From assembly GCF_009914755.1 (NCBI RefSeq), contig NC_060934.1: a DNA stretch of 64,000 nt; one strand, written 5' to 3'. Position numbers and translations under genes: made by a program. Positions 1 through 15,021 of this stretch are shown one piece after another; position 1 is the first letter of the stretch, and the number at the start of each line of letters is the position of its first letter. Source of the DNA: the human T2T-CHM13v2.0 reference genome, Homo sapiens. The notes beneath the pieces were generated by a model that saw nothing but the letters and a program-made list of their open reading frames with translations, ran no database searches and was not told where the DNA came from.

Positions 1-590
1 GAAAATATTTGACAGTTCCTCAAATGGTTAAAAACACATAATTACACTATTCCCTAGCAAATCTATTCAGTATATACTTAAAAAAGCCAAACACAGGTAC
101 TTAAATACACGTACATATATGTTCACAGCAGCAGTATTTGTAATACCGAAAGGTAGAAAAACAGCTTAAACGTCTATCAATTTATGAATAGGTAAACAAA
201 TTGTTGTATATGCATGTAATGGAATATTACGTAGCCATGAAAAGTAGGGACCTACTTGCACATGTTGCAACACAGACGAATCTTGGAAACATTAGGCTAC
301 AAAAAAGAAGCTAGACACAAATAGTCACACATTGCATGATTCCATTTCTGTAGAATATTCAAAGTAGGTAACTTGATGAAGCCAGTACACAGATTGGTGT
401 TTGCCAGGGGCTAAGGGAAATAAGGAATAGGGAGCAATTGCTAAATGGGTTCAGGTTTCTATTTGGAGTGATGAAGCTATTTTAGAACTAGACAGAGTTG
501 GTAGTTGCATGAGTTCTGAATCTCCTAAACAACACTGAATTGTTCACTTTAAAATGGTTAATTTTGTGCTATGTGAATTTTGCCTCAATT
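1..590 (+). mobile_element. Old L1M (L1MB-type) 3' end fragment
   Basis: Typical L1MB 3' sequence: gttcacagcagcagtatttgtaata, ggaatattac, tgcatgattccattt, ttcactttaaaatggttaattttgtgctatgtgaattt. Confidence 0.85.
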
Positions 591-735
591 GTATAAATTA
601 TATTGCAGAGTATTTTCCATCACCAAGCTTTTGGGCTACGTTCCTGAAACATATTATGCTTGGCATACTCAATTATTTTAGAAAATAGGGTTTGCCTAAC
701 TATAAAAATGGTGTTCAAACATAATTTAAAAATTT

Positions 736-1295
<560 letters not shown>

Positions 1296-1400
1296 TCACC
1301 TGTAGTCCCAGCTACTTGGGAGGCTGAGGTGGGAGGATCACGTAAGCCTAGACTTTTGAGACTAGCCTGGGCAACAGAGTAATACCCAGTCTTAAGAAAA
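1296..1400 (+). mobile_element. Partial FLAM/AluJ monomer
   Basis: cacctgtagtcccagctacttgggaggctgaggtgggaggatcac...agcctgggcaac. Confidence 0.8.
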
Positions 1401-1819
1401 TTCAATGATGTAAATAGAAAGTAGCCGAGGATATCTACTTCCAAACAAAACAAGCTACCGAATTTAAAACCTGCTTCTATAAGTAACTGTTTTTCAAAAT
1501 TCCGTTATTAGGAAATACCGATGCAGCATCATTATAAACTATTATCTCACATATTTCATGATGTATAGGCTTTGCTTATTTAAAATTTTGTTAAAAATTC
1601 TACAGCTTGTGACTGAACATTTACACTTGGAGGTGTCTGAGCCTTTGACAGATTTATCACATTGCTTTTGGGCACTGAGTTTCAGGCTTTACAATGATAT
1701 TTAAAGAGATTAGAGTATACTTTAACATGTACAGTTGCTTCAAGTTTGACATGGCATTTCATATTAAATAGCAATTAGCAATTAACAAAAACCTACTAAT
1801 AAAGGGAGCTAGGTATTGA

Positions 1820-1925
1820 CAGCAGTTTGGGGAAAAGATGATGGTGGCATGAACTAAGGTAGTAGAGTGAAGTGTGAGAAATAGTTTGATTTGGGTTTAA
1901 TATTTTGAAAGTAGAGCTGAGCTGT
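1820..1925 (-). mobile_element. L2 fragment
   Basis: gatgatggtggcatgaactaaggtagtagagtg...tattttgaaagtagagctga resembles antisense L2. Confidence 0.55.
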
Positions 1926-2834
1926 CAGGGAATAAAATAAATATCTTTCTTATATATTATTTAATTTTCAATATAATCATAAAATTCAAACTGATATGAA
2001 AAATATAATTGAGCATTACATGTAATGTCAAAACAAATTAATCACCAAAGAAAAAATTAAAATGCAAGTGAAGAAAAAAAATTTTAATAGAATTTGGACC
2101 AGAGATGGAGATAATTTTTGAAATTCTCTTATTTAGCACTGATTTTAAGTGTTGGCATCACAGACCCCATGCTTCAGTGATAACAATCCATAAATATTTG
2201 AGAGATGGCATTTCCTCAACCTCCCTTAATAAATAACTATACCATTAGGCCATCATATTTATACGGGAAGTTGCCATATATCTTATTTAAATGTGTACTT
2301 ATTTGTGGATGATTGCTGAGTGAATATTTGCTAAATCATATGCCACTATCAAGACAGACACTATGAAAAGATACTGGAAAAGTGCATTATATTAGAATCA
2401 TACAGATATGGCCACTTAATACATGACACTGAATGATTTGTATTACCAATGTTTGTGATTTTTAAAAAACCAAGGCTTTTTCTTTAAAGACCCAGTTTCT
2501 TTCTTGGCTGTGTGACTAAGCCAATTTATTAAAATAATAATTCAGTACTTTGTAAACCCCTACTGACATTAAGATGATTATTCATTACTACTAATTTTTT
2601 AAAAGAAATACAAGAAAATTTTGGCATACTTTTATTTCATTAAAGGAAAGTAATGGTATTATAATGATGCGTATTGAGAGAATTTGCATTATAGCATAAA
2701 ATAATATGGTATTTAAAGTATACAATAGACATGTAAATATTTTTTCATTTTGCTTTAAGATATAAAATATAACCCAAATAGCATATATTGAAGTGTCTGA
2801 TGAGGTAGAACATTGTTTATTTTTTTAGCGTACC

Positions 2835-3253
2835 TGTCTTAGTCCATTTGTGTTGCTATAAAGGAATACTTATGGCTGGGTAATTTATAAAGAAAATAAG
2901 TTTATTTGTCTCACAGTTCTACAGGCTGTATAAGAAGCATACTGCCAGCATCTGCTTCTGGTGAGGGGCTGAGAGTACTTCCACTCATGGCCAAAGGTGA
3001 AGGGGTGCTGGTGTGTGCAGAGATCACATGGTGAGAAAGGAAGCAAGAAAGGAGGGGTGATGCCAGGCTCTTTTTTTACAACCATTTGTTGTGGGAACTA
3101 ATAAAGCAAGAACTCATTCATTACCTTTGGTAACAAGCCATTCATAAGCGGTCTGCCTCCATGACCCAAACAAATCCCATTAGGCCCCATCTCCAACATG
3201 AGGGATCGAATTTCAAAATGAGGTTTGGAGTGTCAAATATCCAAACTATAGCA
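2835..3253 (-). mobile_element. MaLR solo LTR (MSTB-like)
   Basis: tgtcttagtcc...aaactatagca termini; perfect 5-bp TSD GTACC at 2830-2834 and 3254-3258. Confidence 0.92.
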
Positions 3254-3924
3254 GTACCTGGATTGTTCATATCCTTGAAAGTTATAGAGAAGTGGTAGTG
3301 CAAAGTTTTGAACATGAATCTCAGAAGTTTCAAAGAAGGTGGCAGTTGAAATGTCAGTTATTGTTCTCCATTTCAAATGCATTGAAATGTATTGCTAGTG
3401 GTTCAGGCTACTCTATAAATATCAATGAGAACAACAGCATTGAGGTGGTGGAAACAAAGTGACCATAGGATAGAAGGCAAAGGGCCCAGTGTACAGGACC
3501 CTGAATCAAGAATGATCATCAAAAGGGATCACACAACCATTATAGGGACATGTTCTGCTTTAGCTTTCCTGGAAGCAGTTTGTGTCTTAAGGAGATGTCT
3601 GTCCAGGTTGACCTAAGAGCTTTAACATTAAGAATCATGGTCAATTTAGACTAAAAGGATTTTGCATTGACATAATTTACACCTTTAAGAACCTCTGTGA
3701 CCCAGCCATTATCTTTTTCATTCCAAATGCAGAGATGAGAGGAGCACTAGAGATATAGGAAAGCAGTGCATTTAGATAATTTATTTGGCAAAACTAGTAG
3801 CTCACTGGATTTCACAATCAGCAATTGAAAAATCTCTTGGCATCAAGGGAAAAACAGGAATAGAAATTCTTAAGAGACCTGGGCTTCCTGCTTACCAGAG
3901 CAGGTGAAAACTTCATTGTTGTCT

Positions 3925-5730
3925 TTTTCTTTTGTTGACAGCTTTGTTAACATTTTAATTCAGATATCATAAAATCCACCAATTTAAAGGGTACAATTCA
4001 ATGGTTTTAGCATAATCGCAGAGTTGTTCAATCATCACTGTAATCAATTTTAGAACATTTTCAACACCATATCTATTAACAGTCACTCCCCATTCTCTCC
4101 CACTCCTCATTTTCAGGCAATCATTGATCAACTTTGTATCTTATAGATGTGCCTATTATGAAAATTTTATAGAAATGAAATAATATAATACGTGCTCTTT
4201 TTGCAACTGACTTATTTCACTTAGCATAATATTTTCAAGGTTCATACATGTTGTAGCATGTTTCAGTACCTCATTACCTTTTATTGATGAGTAATATTAT
4301 ATTATTACAGACAGGCAACGTTTTGTTTATTCCTTCCTCTGTAGATGGATATTTGACTTGTTTCCACTTTTGTACCATTGTAAATAATTCTTTTATGAAC
4401 TTTCTTTGTGCAAACTATTATGTAGATGCACGTCTTCATTTCTCTTGCATATGAGCAGAATGCTGGCTTATGCGGTAATTCTGTTTACCATTTGGAGAAA
4501 AGGCCAGTTCTCCAAAGTGTACTCATAGTTTGAATCCATGTCCTTGCCCAAATCTCCTGTCAAATTGTCACCAATGTAGGAGACAGGACCTGCTGGAAGG
4601 TGATTGGCTCATGGGGGCAGTTTCTCATGAATGGTTGAGCACCACCCTCCTTGGTCCTGCTCTCTTGATAGAGTTCAGGAGATCTGCCTGTTTAAAAGTG
4701 CGTGGCAATTCCCCTCCCTCTCTCTTCCTCCTGCTCAGGCCATGTGAAGCGCTGACTCCCCGCTTTGCCTTCAGTCATGACTTTTAAGTTTCCTGAGGCT
4801 TCCCCAGAAGCAGAGCAGGTGCCAGCATCATGCTTCCTGTATAGCCTGCAGAACCGTGAGGCAATTCAACCTCTTTTCATTACAAAATACTCAGTCTCAA
4901 GCATTTCTTTATAGCAGTGCAAAAACGAACTCACACACGCACATTTTACATGGCCACATAAATTTACGCAGATTTCAGTATCTCCACATTCTTAGTCATA
5001 CTTGGTTTTGCCTTTCTTTATCACTACAGACACAAAGTATGTATGAAGTCAAATCTCTTTACAGTTTTAAATTGCATTTCTCTTATGACCAATGATCAGT
5101 GATCGTGATCATATTTCCATGTGCTTGTTGGCCATTCACATATCCTTTTTTAAAGAAATATCTATTCAAATATTTTGCCCATTTTAATTAGATTATTTCT
5201 CTTTATTAAGTTGTAACAGTTCTTTATGTATTCTTGAGACATGTTTCACACCATATACATTATTTTAAAATATTTTCTCTGATTGTAGGTTGTTTCTCAC
5301 TTTAGGATGGTGCTCCTTGAAATACATTTTTAAAAATTGATGAGACCCAATTTATCAATTTTATCGTTAATCTTTGTGCATTTTGTGTCATATCTCAAAA
5401 TGTACTGACTAATCCAAATAATGAAGATTTACTTCTATATTTTCTTCTATGTGGAATGCAGTTTTATCTCATATATTGCAATTTATGATCCACTTTGAGT
5501 TCATTTTTGTGAATGATGTGAGATAAAAATTGAAATTCATTCTCTTGCATATTGTCCCAGCTTCATTTGTTGAAACAAAGTTCTTTCCTGATTGGATTAT
5601 CTTGACCCCTTTTTGAAAATCAATTGACCATAAATACTAGAGTTATTTCTGGATTCTTAAGTCTGTCCAGGTGCTTATATATCTATCTTTATGCTAATAC
5701 TACACAGCCTTGCTTAAAGTTTTTCTTTAA
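3925..5730 (-). mobile_element. Old L1M (L1MB/L1MC-type) 3' region, interrupted by an MST LTR
   Basis: Antisense L1 3' UTR/ORF2 sequence: aaagggtacaattcaatggtttt, tcacttagcataatattttcaaggttcat, tgcttgttggccatt, tgaaaatcaattgaccata. Confidence 0.88.
4520..4937 (+). mobile_element. MaLR solo LTR (MSTB-like) nested in L1M
   Basis: cccaaatctc...aagtttcctgaggcttccccagaagcagagcag...tttctttatagcagtgc. Confidence 0.9.
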
Positions 5731-7141
5731 CATTTTTATTTTCTTTAATGATGATTGTAAATTGTAGCTAATTTTTGATTTCTACATCCCTATGAGATAA
5801 AAATGAAAACAGTTAAGGCTTTTTATTTTTCAAATAGAAGTTTACTTATCTGTGGAAAACACTTTTCTTGTCTATAGTTTCCCAGGCATTACTAACTCAT
5901 GTTTGTAAAATTCTATTTAATGTGAAATTTCAGGTATTTCTGTGAAGACTAATTGACCAGCACATGGTTCTCTTGTTTTGGCATTATGCCCCACATGTTC
6001 CTGAGTCTGACGTGGCAATGTATTCATTTGTCAAAGTTTTAACTTTATAATCATTGGCCAAGTTTACATTTCTATTCCTTCTGAAAGTAAAACTATTCAC
6101 AGGTACACAGGAAATATCAGGGAAGAGCCAAGCTCTTTAGAAACCAGCCACATGTGACAGCAGAACAGCTACCTTGCTATTGCAAAAGGGAAGCGTACAG
6201 TCTCTCTGAAGCCCTAAATGCCTCCTTTTAATGCCCGCTCCCAGTTTTCTCAATAGTTATCATTAGCAATATCTCAGATGTATTCAGAGAGATAAGTAGA
6301 ATGACACTGATCTAGACCTCAAAGAAGTTTGGCATGAACACGTATTTTATTTCATTGTGCTTTTTTTCTTAAATATACCTATGTTAATCTGAAATTGAAG
6401 GATGTGTTTGTAACACATCTTGCCTACAAGCCTCCCTTTGAATACACAGTTTGGTGCTAAGTAACCCTTTGTAGTAATGTCCTTGTCATTATCAGTAGCT
6501 GACAACATTAAAAGGATCTAATTAATCCCAGTTATGCCTTCCAATGAAATGTTTCCACCTCAGTAGATTTTACCTAGTAAAAATGTTAAAAATAAACAGT
6601 CTCCTGGGTAATATTTCTGGGCTCAGAATTATCCTCCCAGCTACCCTTAGCATTCATAGAAAACAGAAAGGGAAGTACAACTACAAACAGCTGAAAGCCT
6701 CTGATTAGAAGTCTGCTTTCTTACTAACAGTACGTTGCTGTACATTTTTTTAAAGTAGGAAATCATTTTTAACTTACGTTTCTGAAAGATTAAAAACTCT
6801 CTGAGGATCTCCATTCTCAATGGCATATGTTATTGAGTCTCCCTCTCGATCAGTTGCCTTCAGAGAGAAAACATAATTCAATTATCAAGTAATTGATATG
6901 GCGCCCACTCATTACAGAGTAATATAAAAGCTTGAAACTAATAGCACAGAATGTCCATGACACTGTTAAAGAATAAAGATTAAAGCATGGCCTAATGGCA
7001 AGGTGTAAAATCAAACATTTCATATCTGATCCATTTCTGAATATGTAATCCTACCTGATGTGGAAATAATCATTTTCCCAAGGTTTACTTATTTAATTAA
7101 CTTAATTAATGAATTTAATTTCAATGTCTGTTTATAATTTA

Positions 7142-7458
<317 letters not shown>

Positions 7459-7589
7459 CTAAACTATGTTTACAGTGTCGATAAAGTGTTTAATGTATAT
7501 TCTTTTCTTTTTCTGTTCAGAATATATCAAGACAATAATTCAAATCAGTCTAACTTTCTGGTTAAAAATCCTGAATTTATAGCCACAAA

Positions 7590-7770
7590 GCATGACTTCA
7601 AAACCGGGCTCCAATTGTCCTATGTGATTATTTCTGTGTATCCATTTCTAAAACGAGGACTATACAACAATACAAATGTTAATAGATGTTGAGAGGTTTA
7701 ATTGAAATAATATATATCAAGGCACATAGACTAATATCTGGTACATTGTAAGCTTTCAATAAATATTAAC
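7590..7770 (+). mobile_element. MIR
   Basis: MIR 3' half: gttgagaggtttaattgaaataatatatatcaaggcacatag...ctggtacattgtaagctttcaataaat. Confidence 0.7.
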
Positions 7771-8404
7771 CTTTTTGTTGGTTTTTCTTCCCTTCAACAC
7801 CCAAGTCGGAGAAGAAAACATATAGTTTGACTTTGAGTTCCGAGTTTCTCTTGACCAAAATAAAGATGCTCTTGTTTTATGGCACTGAGGTCTGGAGTTT
7901 TACCTTAAAAAACATCAAATCAGTTCTTTTTCCAGTGAGTCATTCGATCCTCTTATAAAAGACATGGGTAAAGAAAGAAATTTGGATGCTATCAGAGAGT
8001 TGACAGAATGATCTGCCTAAGCATGATGCTACAGGGGGGGATATATCTGATAAAGGTTCAGATGTATTTTATTTTTAGGTGACTAGCCTGGCAGAAACAC
8101 CAGCCTCTCCACAGACAGGAACTGCCCTGGAGTCAGCAGGATCTGAGAGAGGAATAAGTATGTGAGTTTCTGTCAGTGACTAGATAATAACTGTCCCAGC
8201 CATAAGAGGCTGAGTGTGAAATTCCCTGTCCAGACAGGCAGGAACGTATTGTTCTTAGTGGTAGATCAGTTGGCTTTGACATGGATTACACAGTCCTGCT
8301 CACAGAACGTCCTTATCAGCTACCACAATGGATTGATGGCCAGAAGCCTCTCTTGGACCACAAAAACTACAGAATCAAGGGAAACTGAAAATAATATTTC
8401 AGTC

Positions 8405-8488
8405 AGTAATAAACTACTGAATATTGACTATGTGCTAGGTTCTGTAAGAAAATCTTTGCAAGATTATTTAATCTGTCTCTCATAAAAG
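8405..8488 (-). mobile_element. MIR fragment
   Basis: actgaatattgactatgtgctaggttctgt. Confidence 0.5.
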
Positions 8489-8554
8489 TGATATACTTCC
8501 TTCGCATGGCTCCTATGACATCATATTGTCCTGCTTTCAATCCTCACATTATCA

Positions 8555-9165
8555 ATGGTAGTTCCTCATTTTCCTTTGCTGATTTCTCCTCATTTTATAA
8601 GACTTATTTTATATTGGATTGTTCCAAAGGTTGGTCCTTGAACTTCACTTATTTAGTCAACTCATTCAACAGTGTAGCTATAAATACTGTCTATCTGCTG
8701 AAGACGGTCATATCTCTAGGCTAGCCCTTTCCTCTGGATTTCAGATGTGTATCCAATTGCCTACATGGATCCACATTAGATGAATAATAATAAGCCTCCC
8801 CAATTTAAAAGGTTAAAAGCCCCAAATCTAGATCTCCTTTCCATCTTGACGTACCTCAAAAAATAAAAGAAATTCAAACAATAATCTATTGTTTTCACTG
8901 CTTCATCATCTCAGTAAGTACCTGCAACTCCATCCTCCTACTTTCTCAGGGCTCATAGCTACACTTTGAGGGCTCACTCTTACATTCCAATGCAACCCAT
9001 CAGCAGATCCCACCAGATTTACCTAAAATATCTGCTGTATCTGGCTGTGTCTGAATTTCTTCTCTGCCACCACCTTCCTCATGGATTATGGTAGTAACTA
9101 TTTTACTAACGTGTTGCTTCTTCCCTTGTATCCTCACAATAGTCAATTTTCAATTCAGCAGACAA
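8555..9165 (+). mobile_element. L2 fragment
   Basis: tataaatactgtctatctgctga, tgtatccaattgcctac, ccatcagcagatccca are L2a-like. Confidence 0.75.
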
Positions 9166-10935
9166 AAGTACTTGTTTTTCCAGGCCAATTCTTTTATTTC
9201 TTTGGGGTAAAGTCTATTGCTTTCTCCCCCAGCTCCCCACCCTCCCCATGCCATACACACTAAAATAAAATGGAATCAAAAAAAGTAAATGAAGAAGAAA
9301 GTAATAAATTAGCTAGGGTAAAATATTTTTGAAACATCCCATGTTAGTCAAAATCCAAAATTTTATATTTCATTGAGTTAGTCATAATGGAAGCCTAGGA
9401 GTAGAAAAAAAAGAAGCAAACAAATTTCTAAGAATACACTCAATAAAATGGATAGTAGACGCTTGATATTTTTCCCTTGCATTCTGTTCTTTGCTAGATA
9501 GGAACCACAAATAATGATACTCAGCTAACATTTTGAAGAATCAGAGAATTATATCTGGAGACTATATCTTAACCCCAAAAAGCTTACAGTGAACTTTTTC
9601 TGTTGTTTTTCTCTCGGTCAATAAATTTTTCTTATTATGTTGTTATAGATATGATCATGTTCTTTTGGTTTGTTTATTGATATGTGGTTGCTGTTTTAAT
9701 TTTTTTCTTGAGAAACATTTTATAATCTTGTGTTTCATAAAAGCCAGAAGAAATGCATTCTGAAACAAGATAGCTTCATGTAAACAATTTTAAGACCAGA
9801 TTAATATCGAATCTTTTATTATATCAGATCTACTCTAATATTTAATATCCTTTATGTAAGATGAGAACACTGTATTTATATTATTTTTATGTTAATTCCT
9901 TTCAATCCCAGAGGTAGCTTGAAATATTTCTTCAGTTTTATTTGACCACTCAAATACCTCAGTCTTTTAAGGATTGTGAATGTCAACAATTTGCCTACTT
10001 CATTCTTATGTGAGGTTATGCCCATATTGGAAACTTTGAAGACTTAGGATTTAAAAGAAAATTCTTATTTGATTCCTTTCTTCATTTTTATCTTTTCACA
10101 CAATCCTTTATTGGTGTTCCAGGGTCGAGGGTGGTATAATAATTAGGAAGTATTTATAGTTTTTCAGCCAAGAAAGCAAAAGGAAATGGTGTAATCTGTA
10201 TCAAAGTTCTGCAATCTATGCATTACATGAGTTAGCACTTGTATAGACAATATCATCTTTCTTTGTCAATGTCCAAAGGTGAGAAATAATCCATAAAAAG
10301 AAAAATTGGAAATATCAACAGAAGCATTTACCCTTCAAGTATTAGGATTTGATTATGTGTGTATACGTGCCCTAAACATATTTCTATCAGCAATATTTAA
10401 ATGTTTTCTATATATAAATCTAACCAGCCATCTCAAAATAATTGCTTATAATGTGTCAGAAACTATATTAAAATTTTGCATGTCTTGTCTCATTTAAACC
10501 TAATAGTAACTTTACTGGTAAATAGAAAATGCATATGACTTCAATTATATTACTATTTCTGCCATCATTCCAACCAGATTTCTCTGTACTTTAATTAATT
10601 GAAAGATGCATCTTTTTTATCTAGAGATAGTAATAACTGTATCATCTTGAAAATGGGAGCATAGTGTTATTCAGTATTTTCCATAATATAAGAGATATAA
10701 ATTGCTTCTTTTTAGTGAAAAAACATTTTATGTGCTTATTTTTGATAAATCAAGTCATATCCGAGTCCCTTCTTCAAAGCCTGAGAAAAGTATGACAGCA
10801 GTTATCTTTCTGGGGCTTATTTTGAGTTTAACGGGGGAGATTCTGGAGCCAGCTACCTGGATTCAGCCTCAGCTATACTATCTCTTCTCAGACAATGCAC
10901 TCAAGTACAAAATGAGAATACTACTACTACTACTT

Positions 10936-11370
10936 AATCACTCATTAATTCAACAAATATTTATTGAGCATCTACGCTGTGTTAGGCACTGAGGCTGCAG
11001 CAGTAAACCACACAGACAAAAATCCTGCCCTTATACAATTTACATGGTAGTGGAGGAAAATGAAGTTAAAAATTAATTAGAATATTTTGTTTTCAGATCT
11101 TTATACGCGTTGCTCAACTACAAAATATTTCACAAAGGACATATATGGAGAGCAGGGTGAGGATTTACACTTATAGAAGTGATCATGACAGACTTACTGA
11201 AAATGTGAAATTTTGGCAAATGCTTGTAAAAGGTGAAAGAGTAAGTCACGTGGGGAAGAACATTCCAGGAAGAGGGCAGAGCAAGTGATAAAGGCCGTGA
11301 GGTGAAAACAGGCCTGGTGAGTTTCAAGAACAACAACGAGGTTGTCAGGTCTGGAGGCAAGCAGCATGTG
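10936..11370 (-). mobile_element. L2a 3' end
   Basis: cattaattcaacaaatatttattgagcatctac...acagacaaaaatcctgccctt...gaacattccaggaagaggg. Confidence 0.85.
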
Positions 11371-12007
11371 GAAGAGGAGCTCCTCAGTGTACTTCGACCA
11401 CTTTAATACCTCAGGTTAAACGAATAAATGATGTGTATTTTGGATAGCTGGCAAGTAATGCACTTTAGCCACTGGTTTGCTAATATATGGTTAATAACAT
11501 GGTTAAGATTAAAGCCAATCTTTCCTTTAATTTTTATTTAATTTAATATAATTTTAATTTTGCCTGAAGAACAAATGATTCCTTTAAAAATCAAAGCAAT
11601 TACTCTTTCCAGTCCACTCAACCAGATTACTTGCAGCATCTGACTTAGAGTCCCTGATTTTTCAGAAGCACCAATAGGGAAACAAAAGTATTTATCCAAG
11701 GAAGCAGTGTTCTTAGACACTGGCAAATGGAAAATTTGGAAAAGAAAACAAATTTTCTCTAAACTAATCTTCTGTTCATGTTAAAGATGAATACAGCCAT
11801 CAAATACCGTCTGATAGAGTGCATTTTATGTGCAAGGAATGATTCTACACATTTCACAGGACATTAAGACAAAGTAACTGCCCTTAGGGATTCTAAAATA
11901 GATAAAAATCAATGGATTTGGATGATTTTCTCACTTAGGCAAACAAGTTCTGATTTATGTTATTAAACCACTTGAGAGCAACAAATAAAGCTTTCAATTC
12001 AGTACAG

Positions 12008-12330
12008 CAGTGTTTCAAAAAATGTATACATTCATTCCTGGTATTACATTTTTTGGCCTTTAACAAAATGTTATAATATTTAAATAAAAATTAATGAATA
12101 TATTTTATTCATGTCAAGTACTGTTATTTTGTCATTCATAATGATAATATAAAATGTTATTTTGAAGTAAGTGTAAGTAAAAGGTCAGTTCATTAAATAT
12201 TCCAAACAATATAAAATGAATAATATTATATAGAATATACATATAACATATATGAAACTTGGAAATGTAGCTAAATCTACAATGACAAAAATATAAATAT
12301 GCTCAAAAATAAAAGAATGTTGGAAAACTG
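12008..12330. mobile_element. Possible hAT-Charlie-type DNA transposon remnant
   Basis: Starts cagtgtttc and ends ggaaaactg, resembling Charlie TIRs; AT-rich interior. Confidence 0.3.
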
Positions 12331-12751
12331 CACACAGGAGAGCCATAAAACAGCTCTTTTTCTTACAATATTGGTATGGATTAATGATCTTTTGCCCAGG
12401 AGGCAAAATAAAATGCCTTATGCTAAGAAGGCATAGCAGAATCACTGCTGGTAGTGTTGAAAATAAATGGCATTTGGAAGTGAGCATAAATTTATTTGTC
12501 ACATCCAGAGAAGTGTCTGTAAATTAAGAAGTCCTTAATAGGAAAAATACCTAGACTTCCGTTAGATTTAGGGATACTCTATGAAGGCTTAGTCTTAAAA
12601 AAATTTTGTTGTACAAAATGGGTAACCTTGGAATACAAAGAGATTTAATCAATTCTAAAATAAGCCTGCAATTCTAATTTTGTCTAGGGCTCAAGGAACA
12701 ATCAACAAAATAAACTTAGAACTAATGTAAATATTCAAAATGACGCATCCA

Positions 12752-12955
12752 AATAATGGTTACCATTATGTATTAAGCACTTTTAATATCCCATCTCATT
12801 TAATCCTCAAAACAATCTTCTCTGGAGAGCACTACAATCCCTATTTTACACATAATAAAATCTTAAGCTTAAAAATTAAATAATTTGCCAAAGTTTACAA
12901 ACTATAGAATCATAATTCATATTCTATGCCTTTTGAAACTCATTTTCTATCACTA
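12752..12955 (-). mobile_element. MIR
   Basis: atctcatttaatcctcaaaacaatc...atccctattttaca...taaataatttgccaaag. Confidence 0.8.
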
Positions 12956-13335
12956 GCAAAGTCCCCTATGTCCTAAACTTATCTCGAGTTTCCCTTCACC
13001 TGCTTGCTTGAACCAACACCAAGTTCTTCTTAAGAACCCTAATTTCCCGGTATCCCTTTTGATTGGTGAGCCTCAGAGTAGCCTTCTTGTTTCTCAATGT
13101 CACTGCCAGATTATTCTTCTGGAAATGCATCAGCTTTAATTCTTATACCATAAGCATTATACTGCATTAACTGCTACTCTTCATTGTTAAAGTCATACTC
13201 TACACTATTTATCATACTTCCTGTTTTTTGCTCATTGTCAGTCTCTCTCTTTGCCTGTCATTGCTGTCATTGTCAACTTAATCCAATATCAAAGTTTCAA
13301 ATAATATGTAAAATGCTAATGACTTCAAAATTGTA

Positions 13336-13621
13336 TTTCAGTTCTGGGGCTGAGAGATTCAAGATCATGGCACTAGCAGATCCCATGCACCTTTTGTGGT
13401 CTGCAGACAGCTGTCTTCTCATTCTACACTTACATAGTAGAAACAGAGAGCTCTGGTTTCTTCATTCCCCATAAGGGCACTGAATGCCATTCATGAGGAC
13501 TCCACTCTCATAGCCTAAGTATCTCTAACTACCAAATGTCCTACTTCTAAATACCATCACGTTGGGGATTTTGGCTTCAATATGTGAATTTTGGGGGAAC
13601 ACAAACATTCAGTCCATAGCA
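13336..13621 (-). mobile_element. MLT1A-type MaLR LTR (partial)
   Basis: agttctggggctgagagattcaagatc...taaataccatcacgttggggatt...acacaaacattcagtccatagca. Confidence 0.85.
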
Positions 13622-13699
13622 GATGTCAAAAAGTCTTTTCAAATACAGTATGGCCAATATTGAATTACTCTTTCTCTAACAGTCTTTTAATTTTGGCTA

Positions 13700-14483
13700 A
13701 TGACAAATCAATGTTTCCAGTTACTCAAGCTGTATCTTAATACCTATTCTTAACTTCTACCTCCCCTTCTATATCCAATTCATTAACAAATCATGTAGTT
13801 TTTAACCACCAAAATATAACCAGATTGAAATGACTTCTCATTATTTCTGGAAAGATCACTCCAGGCCTAGAATGTGCTGACAGAGCATATCAACAACTCT
13901 CCATAATTTTTCCCAGGCTTCTTCCACAGACCATTTTCAATGCAGCATCCAGGATTATCCTTTGTTAAATTTGGTTGATTATGTCACTGCTATACTCAAA
14001 TTTTTAACTGTACCTAATTTCGTGCAGAGTAATTATATCTATCCCTCTCCTATTACTGAATGATTTCATCTCTACTACTGTCTGTTTCTTTTACTTTACT
14101 CTGTAAGGAGGAGTATTTTTCTTCTTCCTTAAACATATCAGGTGTGTCTAAACTTCGGGGTCTTACCTTTGCACCTGAAATACTTTTCCTCAGATACAAC
14201 CATGGCTCATCCTCTCACCTTATTCAACTATTTGCTGTAAGGTCACTTTCTTTGTGAAATAATCACTATCAAATTGTATTTTCCCATGCACTTCCTCTCT
14301 AGCTTTCCTTCTTTCATTTTCCCCATAACATCTTCTAAAATTCCACATAACTCACATATATTTTGTTAATTTTCTTCTCTATTAGAATGGAACCTTCATA
14401 AAAGCAGAAATTTTGTCTTATTTATTTACTATTATATCCTAGCATTTTTAGTTGTGACACCATAAGAAGTTAATATTTACTTG
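13700..14483 (+). mobile_element. L2a 3' portion
   Basis: tccagttactcaagc, cagcatccaggattatccttt, tagaatggaaccttcataaaagcagaaattttgtct. Confidence 0.8.
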
Positions 14484-14977
14484 TCATTTGGTCCTTGCAA
14501 AGTTATAAGCCTTAATGATTACATTATAATGAGAAAAATGAATGAAAGAATTTTGGAAAAATGAAAAAGGAAGGTATTAAGTGGACACAGGTCTCTCCCT
14601 GCTCCTGTTTTCACTGGGAGGCAGGAAAATGCACACCTCAGGAGGGGAGGGCATGGGACATTCTGGCTTCTCCCTGATTTATTAGACTGCAAGGATAAAC
14701 TAAGTCCAGGAAACTCAGTCAGAGGTCTGTTCTGTATATGCACATTCTTCCTCAGTATCATAAAGGGCCTTCCTTTGTACTTCCTATGACTGGGAGCCTA
14801 ACTTTAATATACTGAAGGAAGTACAGCATTTCAATTGTATCTGGTACTTGAAGCAACTGAATTTACAGTAAAACAAAACAAAACAAACAAAAAAAGAAAC
14901 CCCACATGCTTTTTACCTATTGTATATACTCTGTGTGTCTCTATTAATTGCTTCCAAACTTGACAGAGAAAATAAAG

Positions 14978-14978
<1 letters not shown>

Positions 14979-15018
<40 letters not shown>
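14979..15018 (+). repeat. (TG)20 microsatellite
   Basis: Perfect TG run. Confidence 0.98.
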
Positions 15019-15021
<3 letters not shown>

